In this document: one piece after another, positions 8,741-17,764 of the stretch
Layout: the number at the start of each line of letters is the position of its first letter
Position numbering within the stretch: position 1 is the stretch's first letter
The notes under the pieces: model-generated
What the model saw: only the letters and a program-made list of their open reading frames with translations
Told to the model about the DNA's origin: nothing
The model's database searches: none
Made by a program: the position numbers and the translations under genes
Sequence record: SRR31156797_360
DNA: 28,642 bases
Reading direction: 5' to 3' (one strand)

Positions 8741-9553
8741 ATGAAGAAACTTGTTATTACTCTACTTGTGTTTGCTATGGCTGCTATGACAGCATTCGCA
8801 AACGACAATTCCCTTTGGGAGAAATCGACTCTTAACAAAATCATCAAAAGAGGTGAGCTTAGAGTTGGTATGGAAGCCGGCTACATGCCTTTCGAACTTA
8901 AAAACAAAAGAGGCGAAATCGTAGGCTTCGACGTTGATATGGCTAAAGAAATGGCTAAAGAGATGGGCGTTAAGCTCACACTCGTGAACACAGCTTGGGA
9001 TGGAATCATCACTTCTCTTCTCACAGATAAGTATGACATCATCATGTCTGGTATGACTATCACACCGAAAAGAAACCTTCAGATCAACTTTGCTAACCCA
9101 TACATCGTTGTTGGTCAGACAGTTCTTATTAAGAAAGAGCTTGCAGGAGAGATTACATCTTACGAGCAGCTTAACAACCCGAAATACACTATCGCTACTA
9201 AGCTCGGTGTAACAGGCGAGTATGCTACTAAGCGCCACATGGGCAAAGCTAAGATTAACCTTTTCGAGACAGAGCAGGAAGCTGCACTTGAAGTTGTAAA
9301 CGGTAAAGCTGACGCTATGGTTTACGACCTTCCGTACAACGCTCTCTACATGGCTCAGAACGGTAAAAAACTTGCTTTCCTTGAGACACCTTTCACATAC
9401 GAGCCGCTCGCTTGGGCTGTTAGAAAAGGTGACCCTGACTTCCTTAACTTCCTCGACAACTTCCTCACACAGATGAAAGGTGACGGAAGATACCAGAAGA
9501 TCTACGACAAATGGTTCGGTTCTGATGACTGGTACAACGATAGAATGAAGTAA
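8741..9553 (+). CDS. Polar amino-acid ABC substrate-binding protein (SBP_bac_3)
   Basis: Signal peptide (AFA cleavage site), YMPFE, GFDVD, WDGIITSL, SGMTITPKR, IYDKWFG; AAGGAGG RBS. Confidence 0.93.
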   Translation: MKKLVITLLVFAMAAMTAFANDNSLWEKSTLNKIIKRGELRVGMEAGYMPFELKNKRGEIVGFDVDMAKEMAKEMGVKLTLVNTAWDGIITSLLTDKYDIIMSGMTITPKRNLQINFANPYIVVGQTVLIKKELAGEITSYEQLNNPKYTIATKLGVTGEYATKRHMGKAKINLFETEQEAALEVVNGKADAMVYDLPYNALYMAQNGKKLAFLETPFTYEPLAWAVRKGDPDFLNFLDNFLTQMKGDGRYQKIYDKWFGSDDWYNDRMK

Positions 9554-9570
9554 AACTGAGGTCTGGTACG

Positions 9571-10518
9571 TTGAGTAAAAAACACAACCTGTTATGGAAC
9601 GTTGCGCTGGTTTTATTTCTTGCTGCTCTTGCGGCAGGCATTTACGTATCCAGCAAGAAGGTCGACTATATATGGCGATGGGAGAGGCTCCCTCAATATG
9701 TTGTCTACAAAGACTTAGGTGAAGTAATTGCGCCTGTAAGCGGTAAGGTGAGCATAGACGGTACTACTGTCACGATCACACCGCCAGGTAGAAGGTCTAC
9801 ACCTGTAACTGTCGAAGTAGAGAAAGGCCTTAAAGTTTCAGACGGTGATACAGTTATTCAGGATGACGTACTGGCTGAACATAAATCCTACAAGATGGGC
9901 CCATTACTAATGGGCCTCCTTGTTACCCTTGAGATATCTATATACTCAATCTTCTTTGCTATTTTGCTAGGTATTTTGACAGGACTTGCCAGAATATCGA
10001 AGAATCCGTTTTTTAGAAAGTTAGCAATATTTTATATTGAGATAATCAGAGGAACGCCTCTGCTTGTTCAGATATTTATATTTTACTTTTTTATAGGAAC
10101 TGTTTTCAATCTAGATAGAATGACTGCCGGTGTTATGGCTCTTGCTGTATTTACCGGAGCCTATATCGCAGAGATAGTTCGTGCAGGTATCCAGTCTATC
10201 CACAAAGGACAGATGGAAGCGGCACGAAGCCTCGGTATGAGTTACCCAAAAGCGATGATCCTTGTGGTTCTGCCACAGGCTTTCCGCAGGACATTACCGC
10301 CTATGGCTGGTCAGTTTATCTCTCTTATCAAAGATTCCTCACTGGTATCTGTTATATCAATCACAGACCTTACCAAAGCTGGTCGAGAAGTTGTCGCTAC
10401 GACATTCAGCCCGTTTGAAGTATGGTTCACAGTTGCAGCTCTTTATCTTGTCCTCACATCTGCGCTCTCGTATTTAGTGCAGAGATTGGAGAAGAAAATG
10501 GCTCAGCAGGACAGGTAA
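9571..10518 (+). CDS. Polar amino-acid ABC permease (HisM/GlnP type) with an inserted soluble domain
   Basis: [38 protein letters not shown] start; about 60-aa beta-rich insert after the first TM helix. Confidence 0.92.
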   Translation: MSKKHNLLWNVALVLFLAALAAGIYVSSKKVDYIWRWERLPQYVVYKDLGEVIAPVSGKVSIDGTTVTITPPGRRSTPVTVEVEKGLKVSDGDTVIQDDVLAEHKSYKMGPLLMGLLVTLEISIYSIFFAILLGILTGLARISKNPFFRKLAIFYIEIIRGTPLLVQIFIFYFFIGTVFNLDRMTAGVMALAVFTGAYIAEIVRAGIQSIHKGQMEAARSLGMSYPKAMILVVLPQAFRRTLPPMAGQFISLIKDSSLVSVISITDLTKAGREVVATTFSPFEVWFTVAALYLVLTSALSYLVQRLEKKMAQQDR

Positions 10519-10528
10519 GGAGGCTGAA

Positions 10529-11254
10529 ATGATAAAAGCGAAAAATGTTGAAAAGATATACCCGAATGGTGTGCACGCCCTCAAAGGTGTTTCACTGGAG
10601 GTTGCGCAGAAAGAGGTGCTTGTTATTATCGGACCGTCAGGTTCAGGTAAGTCAACGATACTTCGATCGCTCAATCTTCTCGAGGAGATACAGGGCGGAG
10701 AGATAACTATTGAAGATGTCTCTCTCACATCAAAAAAAGCAAATATAAATAAGATCAGAGCAGAAGTTGGAATGGTTTTTCAGTCGTTCAACCTCTTCCC
10801 TCATAAAACTGTCCTTGAAAATATAACTATGGCGCCTGTTCATGTTAAAAGGATGAAGAAGGCGCAGGCAGAAGAGGTAGCCCTTGACCTGCTTAATAAA
10901 GTGGGACTTTCTGATAAACGTGATTCATTCCCTAGTCAGCTTTCCGGTGGTCAGCAGCAGAGGGTTGCTATCGCACGTGCTCTTGCTATGAACCCGAAAG
11001 TGATGCTCTTTGACGAGCCGACATCAGCGCTAGACCCTGAGATGATCGGTGAAGTGCTTGATGTTATGAAGACTCTCGCTGGTGAAGGTATGACAATGGT
11101 TGTTGTTACCCACGAGATGGGCTTTGCCAGAGAAGTAGCAGACAGGATTATATTCATGGATGAAGGGATAATAGTTGAGGAGAATACTCCTGAGGAGATT
11201 TATAAAAATCCTCAGAGTGACAGACTCAAGCTATTCCTCAGCCAAATCCTCTGA
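10529..11254 (+). CDS. Polar amino-acid ABC ATPase (GlnQ type)
   Basis: [34 protein letters not shown]. Confidence 0.95.
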   Translation: MIKAKNVEKIYPNGVHALKGVSLEVAQKEVLVIIGPSGSGKSTILRSLNLLEEIQGGEITIEDVSLTSKKANINKIRAEVGMVFQSFNLFPHKTVLENITMAPVHVKRMKKAQAEEVALDLLNKVGLSDKRDSFPSQLSGGQQQRVAIARALAMNPKVMLFDEPTSALDPEMIGEVLDVMKTLAGEGMTMVVVTHEMGFAREVADRIIFMDEGIIVEENTPEEIYKNPQSDRLKLFLSQIL

Positions 11255-11346
11255 CGATAGCATCGTCAGGCGAGACACTATACTGTAAATGTATTTTGTG
11301 CTGTCACTTTTAACGAGTCACGTTGTGACTCTTACTTTGAAAATAT

Positions 11347-11372
11347 AAGGGAACCGAAAGGTTCCCTTTTTT
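11347..11372 (+). terminator. Intrinsic terminator of the amino-acid ABC operon
   Basis: AAGGGAACC-GAAA-GGTTCCCTT followed by TTTT. Confidence 0.85.
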
Positions 11373-12352
11373 CATTGGTAAAGTTTATCGAGGAAATCTG
11401 TCCAGTCAGGGTGATCCTTAGAGAATGATGTCTTTTTGAAGTTCGTTTTTGTTTTATCATAAACATCTTTGTTCATAGGTATATATATCGATGGACCAGT
11501 AAGGTCAGTGTTTGCGCTAAAGCTCGCTATGATACTTTTACCCATTTTTTTCATAAGCATCTTATTTATAATTTTCAGACTCGTCATAAGGTCAGCATTG
11601 ACGCCGTTAAGGTTTTGTTTGGACATATTCTTCGGCATTAATTTCGGAAACCTGTTCTGCTTTTTAGGAAAACAGCTCGCCCTCTGTTCGAAAAGTGCTA
11701 CTGCTCCGTCAAGCCTGTTCCCGGTTTCAACAGCAAAAACAGATATAGGTGCTTTTCCAGATTTATAGGTGTTTTCATACGAGCTGACATAAGTTTTAGC
11801 CATCATATCAGGAGCCTTTCTCCCTTTTCCTGCAAGGTCGAGGAAAGTTGAGTAGTTTCCAGCACCTTCTGGTACAGAAGTAGATATTGCGGCTATGTAG
11901 GATGCAGAGTTTCTCAGCTCCCATATAGACTCTATCCCGCCCATAAAAGGCATATCGAGTATCAAGACATCAGGCTTGCTTCCTTCTAATCCATTTTTCA
12001 CTTTTTCCGCTGGGATTGTTCCGCCTGCATCTATGGTGAAAAGATATTTTTCAGAAGCAAAGTTGCTGCGTACATGGGAGAAAAATGTTTTGATAGATTT
12101 CTCAATTGAGGAGCTATCGACCTTTATGCCCGCAGGAGCAAGTTCAGAGCACCCTTTGACAAGGAGGTCTTTGTCACCTTTCCTAGAGGCTTCATACACA
12201 ATAATCTGACCATTATCAACATTTTCTGCACTTTTGCAAATCTCTTTCAGGTCTTTCCCGTTTGTTAGATAAAACGCATAAGTCCACTCAGGTTTTTCCG
12301 CAAAAGAAGGTACAGCAATAGTAAGTAATAAAATGAGCAGTAAGTTTTTCAT
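11372..12352 (-). CDS. Secreted clostripain (peptidase C11)-like protein, catalytic residues apparently absent
   Basis: Signal peptide; WTYAFY, FASEKYLFTIDAGG, DVLILDMPFMGGIESIWEL, GPSIYIP and WTDFL follow the order of C11 conserved blocks. Confidence 0.7.
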   Translation of the reverse strand: MKNLLLILLLTIAVPSFAEKPEWTYAFYLTNGKDLKEICKSAENVDNGQIIVYEASRKGDKDLLVKGCSELAPAGIKVDSSSIEKSIKTFFSHVRSNFASEKYLFTIDAGGTIPAEKVKNGLEGSKPDVLILDMPFMGGIESIWELRNSASYIAAISTSVPEGAGNYSTFLDLAGKGRKAPDMMAKTYVSSYENTYKSGKAPISVFAVETGNRLDGAVALFEQRASCFPKKQNRFPKLMPKNMSKQNLNGVNADLMTSLKIINKMLMKKMGKSIIASFSANTDLTGPSIYIPMNKDVYDKTKTNFKKTSFSKDHPDWTDFLDKLYQ

Positions 12353-12744
12353 AGTAGCCCGAGTTTTTTAAATTCTACTTTAAGTTTATCCGCTGTGACG
12401 GGTTTAACGATATAAGATGTAGCACCAGATTCGTAATAGCTTTCCATCACGTTTTTAGGGTCATCTAAAGACGAAAGCATAATAATTTTGACTTCGTTTT
12501 TAGATGGCACAGCGAGCTTCTTCTCAGCTTCGCGAATTTTTGCAGTAGCTGTTTTCCCGTCGAGCTCAGGCATCATGATATCCATAAAGATAGCTGTGTA
12601 TTCGTTTTTTGTTTTTTTGGATTCACGAAAAGCTTTGACAGCTTCAACCCCGTTAACAGCCTCATCAGTATTGCCATACTCTTTAATTATAGCAGTGAGG
12701 ATATGTCGGCTGACTATATCGTCGTCAACAATTAAAAAATTCAT
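12349..12744 (-). CDS. Single-domain CheY-like response regulator
   Basis: IVDDD, phospho-acceptor FMDIMMP, LSS, YIVKP. Confidence 0.92.
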   Translation of the reverse strand: MNFLIVDDDIVSRHILTAIIKEYGNTDEAVNGVEAVKAFRESKKTKNEYTAIFMDIMMPELDGKTATAKIREAEKKLAVPSKNEVKIIMLSSLDDPKNVMESYYESGATSYIVKPVTADKLKVEFKKLGLL

Positions 12745-12813
12745 AATAGACTCCAGTCTTGTGTTTATTAGAGATTATATACTATTTTTTGAGTGTGCAG
12801 TACCAAATCTTAT

Positions 12814-13410
12814 TTAAGCGTAGAGTGGTATGATAATAGGAACGAGTGTAGATAGGGTGACGCCGTTTATGAAGCCTATTATGGCAGCACGTTTTCCGCA
12901 ATATTTTTCAATGACAGGGAGGGTTACATCCATGGTTGTTGCGCCACCTGTGGCGATAGGAGCATAGGGGCCTATAAACTTAACCAGAAATGGGATTGTG
13001 ACAAGTGCGATGCTCTCTCTGAAAACATTTGATAGAAAAGCGATTGCACCTATATCGCTCCCTTTCATATCGGCAAGTAATATAGCAGACAAAGAGTGCC
13101 ACCCGAAGCCCGAAGCGATAGCCATACCTTCGTTAGCAGTAAGGTTTGTGATGAGTGATACTACATATCCGCCTGCGATGGTCCCTATGATAGTTCCGAC
13201 AGGTATGAGCAGGGCGTATCTGTCAGCCTTTATGAGTGTTTTTAGCGACTCTCTGTTATTTCCAATGTCAAAGCCTATTAAAAATAACAGTATTATAAGA
13301 GAGATATCAGTTATTCTCAGACAGCTTTCGATTAGCTGCTCATTGAGTATGTGAGTGTATGAGACTGTTGTGCCTAATATTACAGCCGTCAGCATAGCGA
13401 TGATAATCAT
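12814..13410 (-). CDS. LysO/YbjE (DUF340) exporter, large subunit
   Basis: SGFGWHSLS, LSNVFRE, GGATTMDVTLP. Confidence 0.85.
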   Translation of the reverse strand: MIIIAMLTAVILGTTVSYTHILNEQLIESCLRITDISLIILLFLIGFDIGNNRESLKTLIKADRYALLIPVGTIIGTIAGGYVVSLITNLTANEGMAIASGFGWHSLSAILLADMKGSDIGAIAFLSNVFRESIALVTIPFLVKFIGPYAPIATGGATTMDVTLPVIEKYCGKRAAIIGFINGVTLSTLVPIIIPLYA

Positions 13411-13679
13411 ACTTTCTTCTCTCCGAAAAGCTTAATCAGAGCTAAGACTGCGATGATGCTGAAAAGTATGACAGTAATGCTCATTATAGCTGAGATTATG
13501 CCGAAGTCAGAGAGTTTAGCCAGCAGCTTCGGGTCACGTCCGAGATTTACTCCCATGAAGAATAGCAAACCGAGTAGTGAAACGTTAAAAATGATTGATT
13601 TGATCTTGCCCATAAATCCGCTGGGGAGGAAGAATCCGACGATAACTCCAGCTGCGAGGGCTAAAACGTAATTAAGCAT
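13407..13679 (-). CDS. LysO-family small subunit (split N-terminal part)
   Basis: Three hydrophobic helices, LLFFMGVNLG motif; overlaps both neighbours. ATG at 13679 preferred over the GTG at 13685. Confidence 0.75.
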   Translation of the reverse strand: MLNYVLALAAGVIVGFFLPSGFMGKIKSIIFNVSLLGLLFFMGVNLGRDPKLLAKLSDFGIISAIMSITVILFSIIAVLALIKLFGEKKV

Positions 13680-14217
13680 TGTCACCCATCGCAGATGTTA
13701 TCTGCCTGAGTGTGAGTATGCTGTGTATGTCAGAATTATCCATCTTGTCTATGATTACAGCACAGCCAACAAGCTCTGCGCCCGCTTCTTCGACAATGTT
13801 TCTGATGGATTTATATGTATTCCCTTTTGCATAGAAGTCGTCAACGAAGAGAACCTTGTCCCCTTTTCCTAAAACCTCTTTCGATACATAAAGGGTGGTG
13901 TGTTCGTTTTTGGTGAAAGAATAGCTTTCAGCGGAGAAATATCCCTTCATTGTGATAGGTTTCTTCTTTTTAGCGTAGATATAATCAACATTCATACTGA
14001 ATGCTGTCGATTGTGCAGGTGGTATACCGCTCGCTTCAACCGTGAGTATCTTATCTATTTTAACGTCAGCAAACTTGTCAGCTATATCTTCGCCGATAGC
14101 CTTCATGGTCGCAGTGTCCACCATATGGTTCATCACACGGTCAACTTTAACCACCTCACCATTCACCTCGCCGTTAGCTTTGATCATATCAAGTAGCATC
14201 TGCTGAGCTTTTCTCAC
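13672..14217 (-). CDS. xpt: Xanthine phosphoribosyltransferase
   Basis: VKVDRVMNHMVD, TVEASGI, YAKKK, YSFTK, VDDFYAKG PRPP loop. Confidence 0.85.
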   Translation of the reverse strand: MRKAQQMLLDMIKANGEVNGEVVKVDRVMNHMVDTATMKAIGEDIADKFADVKIDKILTVEASGIPPAQSTAFSMNVDYIYAKKKKPITMKGYFSAESYSFTKNEHTTLYVSKEVLGKGDKVLFVDDFYAKGNTYKSIRNIVEEAGAELVGCAVIIDKMDNSDIHSILTLRQITSAMGDNA

Positions 14218-15134
14218 TTCCTGTCCTCCCTGTCATAAGGGAGCCCGAGGCTTTCAGGTTCAGGTGATGAACCTTTCTCCAGACGCATAGTAGCTATTAC
14301 CAGCACCACAATAGTGAAAACGTAAGGTAGCATTTCAAGTATGTGCGCTGAAATGTTGGTTCCCATCGCCTGCATTCTGAGCTGTATGGCGTTTATTCCG
14401 CCAAACAGGTAAGCACCAGCCAGAGCCCTTGTAGAGTTCCACTGGGCGAAAATAACAAGCGCTACGGCTATCCATCCACGCCCCGCAGACATCCCCTCTG
14501 CCCAGAAAGGAGTGTAAGCTAGTGAAAGGTATCCGCCGCCAAGCCCAGCGAGCCCGGAGCCGATAAGCACAGCCCACATGCGGTATCTGTTTACGTTAAT
14601 ACCGGAGGTGTCCGCCGCCGCAGGATTTTCTCCCACAGAGCGGAGGTAAAGCCCCCACTTGGTTTTATAAAAGAACAGCCTGATGGCTATAACGCAGAAT
14701 ATGCTGAGGTAAACGAGTATATCGTGGTTGAAAAGTCCTGGGCCGATAACCGGAATTTTTGATAAAACAGGTATATCTATCCTGCTGAACCCCTCGATGG
14801 TTTTACCAACAAGAGAGCGCCCGAAAAGTGCGGTTATCCCGACACCAAACATGGTGAGTGAGAGACCGCTCACAATCTGATTTCCTCTGAGATATACGGT
14901 GATTATGCCGTGCAGTGAGCCGGCTAGCATACCTGACAGGAAAGAAGCGACTACCGCAAGGAACATATTGCCCGTTACAAGTGCTGTGGAAAAACCGGAG
15001 AGCGCACCTATGAGCATCAACCCCTCAATACCGAGGTTAATGATTCCTGAGCGTTCCATTATTATTGCGCCAAGTGTGGCGAAAAGTATTGGTGTTCCTG
15101 CTTTTATAGTAGCAAAGAGGAGAACTTCGATCAT
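14214..15134 (-). CDS. Nucleoside/purine ABC permease 2
   Basis: ERSGIINLGIEG, RSVGENPAAA, AGRGWIAVALV, MLPY. Confidence 0.92.
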   Translation of the reverse strand: MIEVLLFATIKAGTPILFATLGAIIMERSGIINLGIEGLMLIGALSGFSTALVTGNMFLAVVASFLSGMLAGSLHGIITVYLRGNQIVSGLSLTMFGVGITALFGRSLVGKTIEGFSRIDIPVLSKIPVIGPGLFNHDILVYLSIFCVIAIRLFFYKTKWGLYLRSVGENPAAADTSGINVNRYRMWAVLIGSGLAGLGGGYLSLAYTPFWAEGMSAGRGWIAVALVIFAQWNSTRALAGAYLFGGINAIQLRMQAMGTNISAHILEMLPYVFTIVVLVIATMRLEKGSSPEPESLGLPYDREDRK

Positions 15135-16189
15135 GCGCCCCTCCTTTTGAATATAACTTTATGCTGTATGAAGAAATCAGAAGCTAGTATGAAAAACAGT
15201 ATCAACCCTTGAAAGAGGTTAACAAAAGCGACCGGAAGCCTCATGAGTATCTGTAGACTGTCACCGCCAACGAGGATGATGCTCATTATGATGGACACAA
15301 TAAGAACGCCTATTGCGCTTCGTCCTGCCAGCCATGCTATGATGATCGCCGTATATCCGTATCCGCTGGAGATCCCCTCCTGTAAGCGAAACTGGATGCC
15401 TGCCACCTCTGAAAAACCAGCAACACCAGCGAGAGCACCACTGAGGAACAGCACGCCGACTATGTTTCTGTCTATCTTTATACCTGCGTATTTCGCAGCG
15501 TTAGGGTTATTTCCTATAACACGTATCTCATAGCCCCAAATGGTTTTTTCCATCACAATGTACATAACAAAAACAAGAACAAGGGCTAGTATGAATCCGT
15601 AATGCAGTCTGGTGTTAAACATTGAACCGAGCCTTGCGAAGTCTGCGAACTGAGCTGTCAGAGGGAAGTTCATCCCCTTCGGGTCTTTCCAGGGACCGTA
15701 CACAAGAAATGATACAATTGAGATTGCTATATAGTTCATAAGGAGTGTCACGATGATCTCGTTTACTCTCAGCTTAGCTTTTAAAACACCAGCGACGCCA
15801 GCCCATAAGCCGCCCATAATAGCCGCCGCAAAGAACATGACCGGAAGGATTATATAACCCTGAATGCCTGAGTAGAGAGCTACCCAAGCAGCGCCTATCG
15901 CACCCATCTGAAGCTGACCCTCAGCACCGATGTTCCATATCTGCATTCGGAATGCGAGAGAAACGCCCAGCCCTGTGAGGATAAGCGGAGTTGATTTAAC
16001 GAGTGTTTCACTGATGCCGTAGAGTGAGCCGACAGCCTCCTGAAGCATCCCAGCATATGCTGTTAAGGGGTTAACCCCAGCGAAAAGCATGATGATGCCC
16101 GCAGTAGCAATAGCCATAAGCACAGAGACAAAAGGTGCCGTCATCTGAAAAAGCTTAGATGTCTCTTTACGTTTTACAAATGATATCAT
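15131..16189 (-). CDS. Nucleoside/purine ABC permease 1
   Basis: WNIGAEGQ, NEIIVTLLMNY, GNNPNAAKYAG, GYGYTAIIIAWL. Confidence 0.92.
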   Translation of the reverse strand: MISFVKRKETSKLFQMTAPFVSVLMAIATAGIIMLFAGVNPLTAYAGMLQEAVGSLYGISETLVKSTPLILTGLGVSLAFRMQIWNIGAEGQLQMGAIGAAWVALYSGIQGYIILPVMFFAAAIMGGLWAGVAGVLKAKLRVNEIIVTLLMNYIAISIVSFLVYGPWKDPKGMNFPLTAQFADFARLGSMFNTRLHYGFILALVLVFVMYIVMEKTIWGYEIRVIGNNPNAAKYAGIKIDRNIVGVLFLSGALAGVAGFSEVAGIQFRLQEGISSGYGYTAIIIAWLAGRSAIGVLIVSIIMSIILVGGDSLQILMRLPVAFVNLFQGLILFFILASDFFIQHKVIFKRRGA

Positions 16190-17694
16190 TGCGCCTTCTC
16201 CCCGCTCATGAGAAGCCCTATCTCTTCCCTCGTTGTGTTCTTAGGGTCTACGAATCCAGTGACCGTACCTCTGAACATAACGGCTATTCTGTCTGAAAGT
16301 TTGAGAAGCTCGTCTAAGTCTTCGGAGATGAGTATAGTGCTCATCTCTTTCTCACGTGCTTCGATGATGACCTTGTGCACATACTCCGCAGAGCCTATGT
16401 CGAGTCCACGGGTAGGGTAGAGTGCCACCAGAACAGACGGCTCAAGGGACAGCTCTCTTGCGATGATAACCTTCTGAATGTTACCACCTGAGAGAAGCCT
16501 TACCGGAGTGCCCGCTGGTCCTGATTTGATTGCAAAGTCTTTTATAAGTTTTTCTGCATTATCATTAATTGCTTTCTGATCCTGCATAAATGATTTTCTG
16601 AATTTATCTTCACGGTAACTTTTGAGGATGAGGTTTTCACCAACGCCCATCTCAGGCGCTATCCCCATACTTTTTCTATCTTCGGGAACGTGTGCGATGC
16701 CTGCGATATGCTTTTTACGGCTGTTGCCGATGGTGATGTCCTCGCCGTAGAGCTTTATACAGCCTGAGTTTGCATCTTTAAGCCCGGTCATAACTTCTGC
16801 CAGCGCCTTCTGACCGTTTCCGGCTATCCCAGCTATGCCGAGGATTTCGCACTTACGCAGTGATATAGAGAAATCGTGAAGGTCGCTTAAACCTTTATCA
16901 TTATCAACGCTCAGCTTGTCGATATTAAGAATCTCTTCGCCTATCTCTTTCTCTACACGCTCCCATTTAGGGATTTCGTCTCCGCCGATCATAAGCTTCG
17001 CCAGCTCCTGTTCGTCAAAATTTCCACGTGTGAGTTCTCTGACACTTGTCCCTTTTTTGAGGATGGTGACACGGTCTGAAAGCTCCATAACCTCACGCAT
17101 CTTGTGAGAGATGAAGATGATAGATTTTCCGTCTGTGCGTAGTTTTTTAAGAAATACAAAAAGTTTATCTGCTTCCTGCGGGGTGAGAACCGCTGTCGGC
17201 TCATCGAGGATGAGTATACGGCAGTCACGGATGAGCAGCTTTATCAGCTCAACCCACTGCTGTGCACCAATTGAGAGCTTCCATATAGGCTCGTTGAGGT
17301 CTATATCCATATCAAAACGTTCGAGTATCTCCTCGACCTGTTTGATGATAGCTTTTTTGTTAAAGAGTGATTTTAACCCTTCGACAGAGAGTAGAATATT
17401 CTCAAGCACGCTGTGATTTCTGACCAGCATAAAGTGCTGATGCACCATTCCTATGCCAGCTTTCAGAGAATCCTTCGGTGATGTGAAGATATTATGGTTT
17501 CCGTCGATTACTAAATTACCCGAATCAGGCTGATAAAGACCGTTAAGAACATTCATGAGGGTACTTTTACCCGCACCGTTCTCGCCGAGCAGAGTGTGGA
17601 TTTCCCCTTCGTAGATGTTTAGTGAAACACCATCCAGAGCCTTAACTCCGGGGAAGGTCTTTATTACGTTTTCGATTTGAAGTACAGGTTTCAA
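16186..17694 (-). CDS. Nucleoside ABC ATPase (duplicated NBD, CUT2 type)
   Basis: GENGAGKS, GMVHQHF, LDEPTAVL, PEDR, LSGGNIQK; TTG start. Confidence 0.95.
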   Translation of the reverse strand: MKPVLQIENVIKTFPGVKALDGVSLNIYEGEIHTLLGENGAGKSTLMNVLNGLYQPDSGNLVIDGNHNIFTSPKDSLKAGIGMVHQHFMLVRNHSVLENILLSVEGLKSLFNKKAIIKQVEEILERFDMDIDLNEPIWKLSIGAQQWVELIKLLIRDCRILILDEPTAVLTPQEADKLFVFLKKLRTDGKSIIFISHKMREVMELSDRVTILKKGTSVRELTRGNFDEQELAKLMIGGDEIPKWERVEKEIGEEILNIDKLSVDNDKGLSDLHDFSISLRKCEILGIAGIAGNGQKALAEVMTGLKDANSGCIKLYGEDITIGNSRKKHIAGIAHVPEDRKSMGIAPEMGVGENLILKSYREDKFRKSFMQDQKAINDNAEKLIKDFAIKSGPAGTPVRLLSGGNIQKVIIARELSLEPSVLVALYPTRGLDIGSAEYVHKVIIEAREKEMSTILISEDLDELLKLSDRIAVMFRGTVTGFVDPKNTTREEIGLLMSGEKAQ

Positions 17695-17715
17695 ATTTTA
17701 CCCTTAAATAAAATT

Positions 17716-17741
17716 GCCCCCCGCTTTTTACAACGGAGGGC
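17716..17741 (-). promoter_or_regulatory. Intra-operon stem-loop after the BMP gene (stoichiometry or mRNA stabilisation)
   Basis: Minus strand GCCCTCCGTT-loop-AGCGGGGGGC, with no immediate poly-T. Confidence 0.55.
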
Positions 17742-17764
17742 TGATTGATAATTCGTTTTGAATA

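Noticed and set aside
11251-11280. Hammerhead ribozyme core (CTGACGA)
   Set aside because: No correctly placed GAAA or three-stem junction; the motif is paired within a simple hairpin.
13407-13679. LysO pseudogene by frameshift
   Set aside because: Both parts are intact ORFs joined by an ATGA overlap, consistent with a natural two-gene form.
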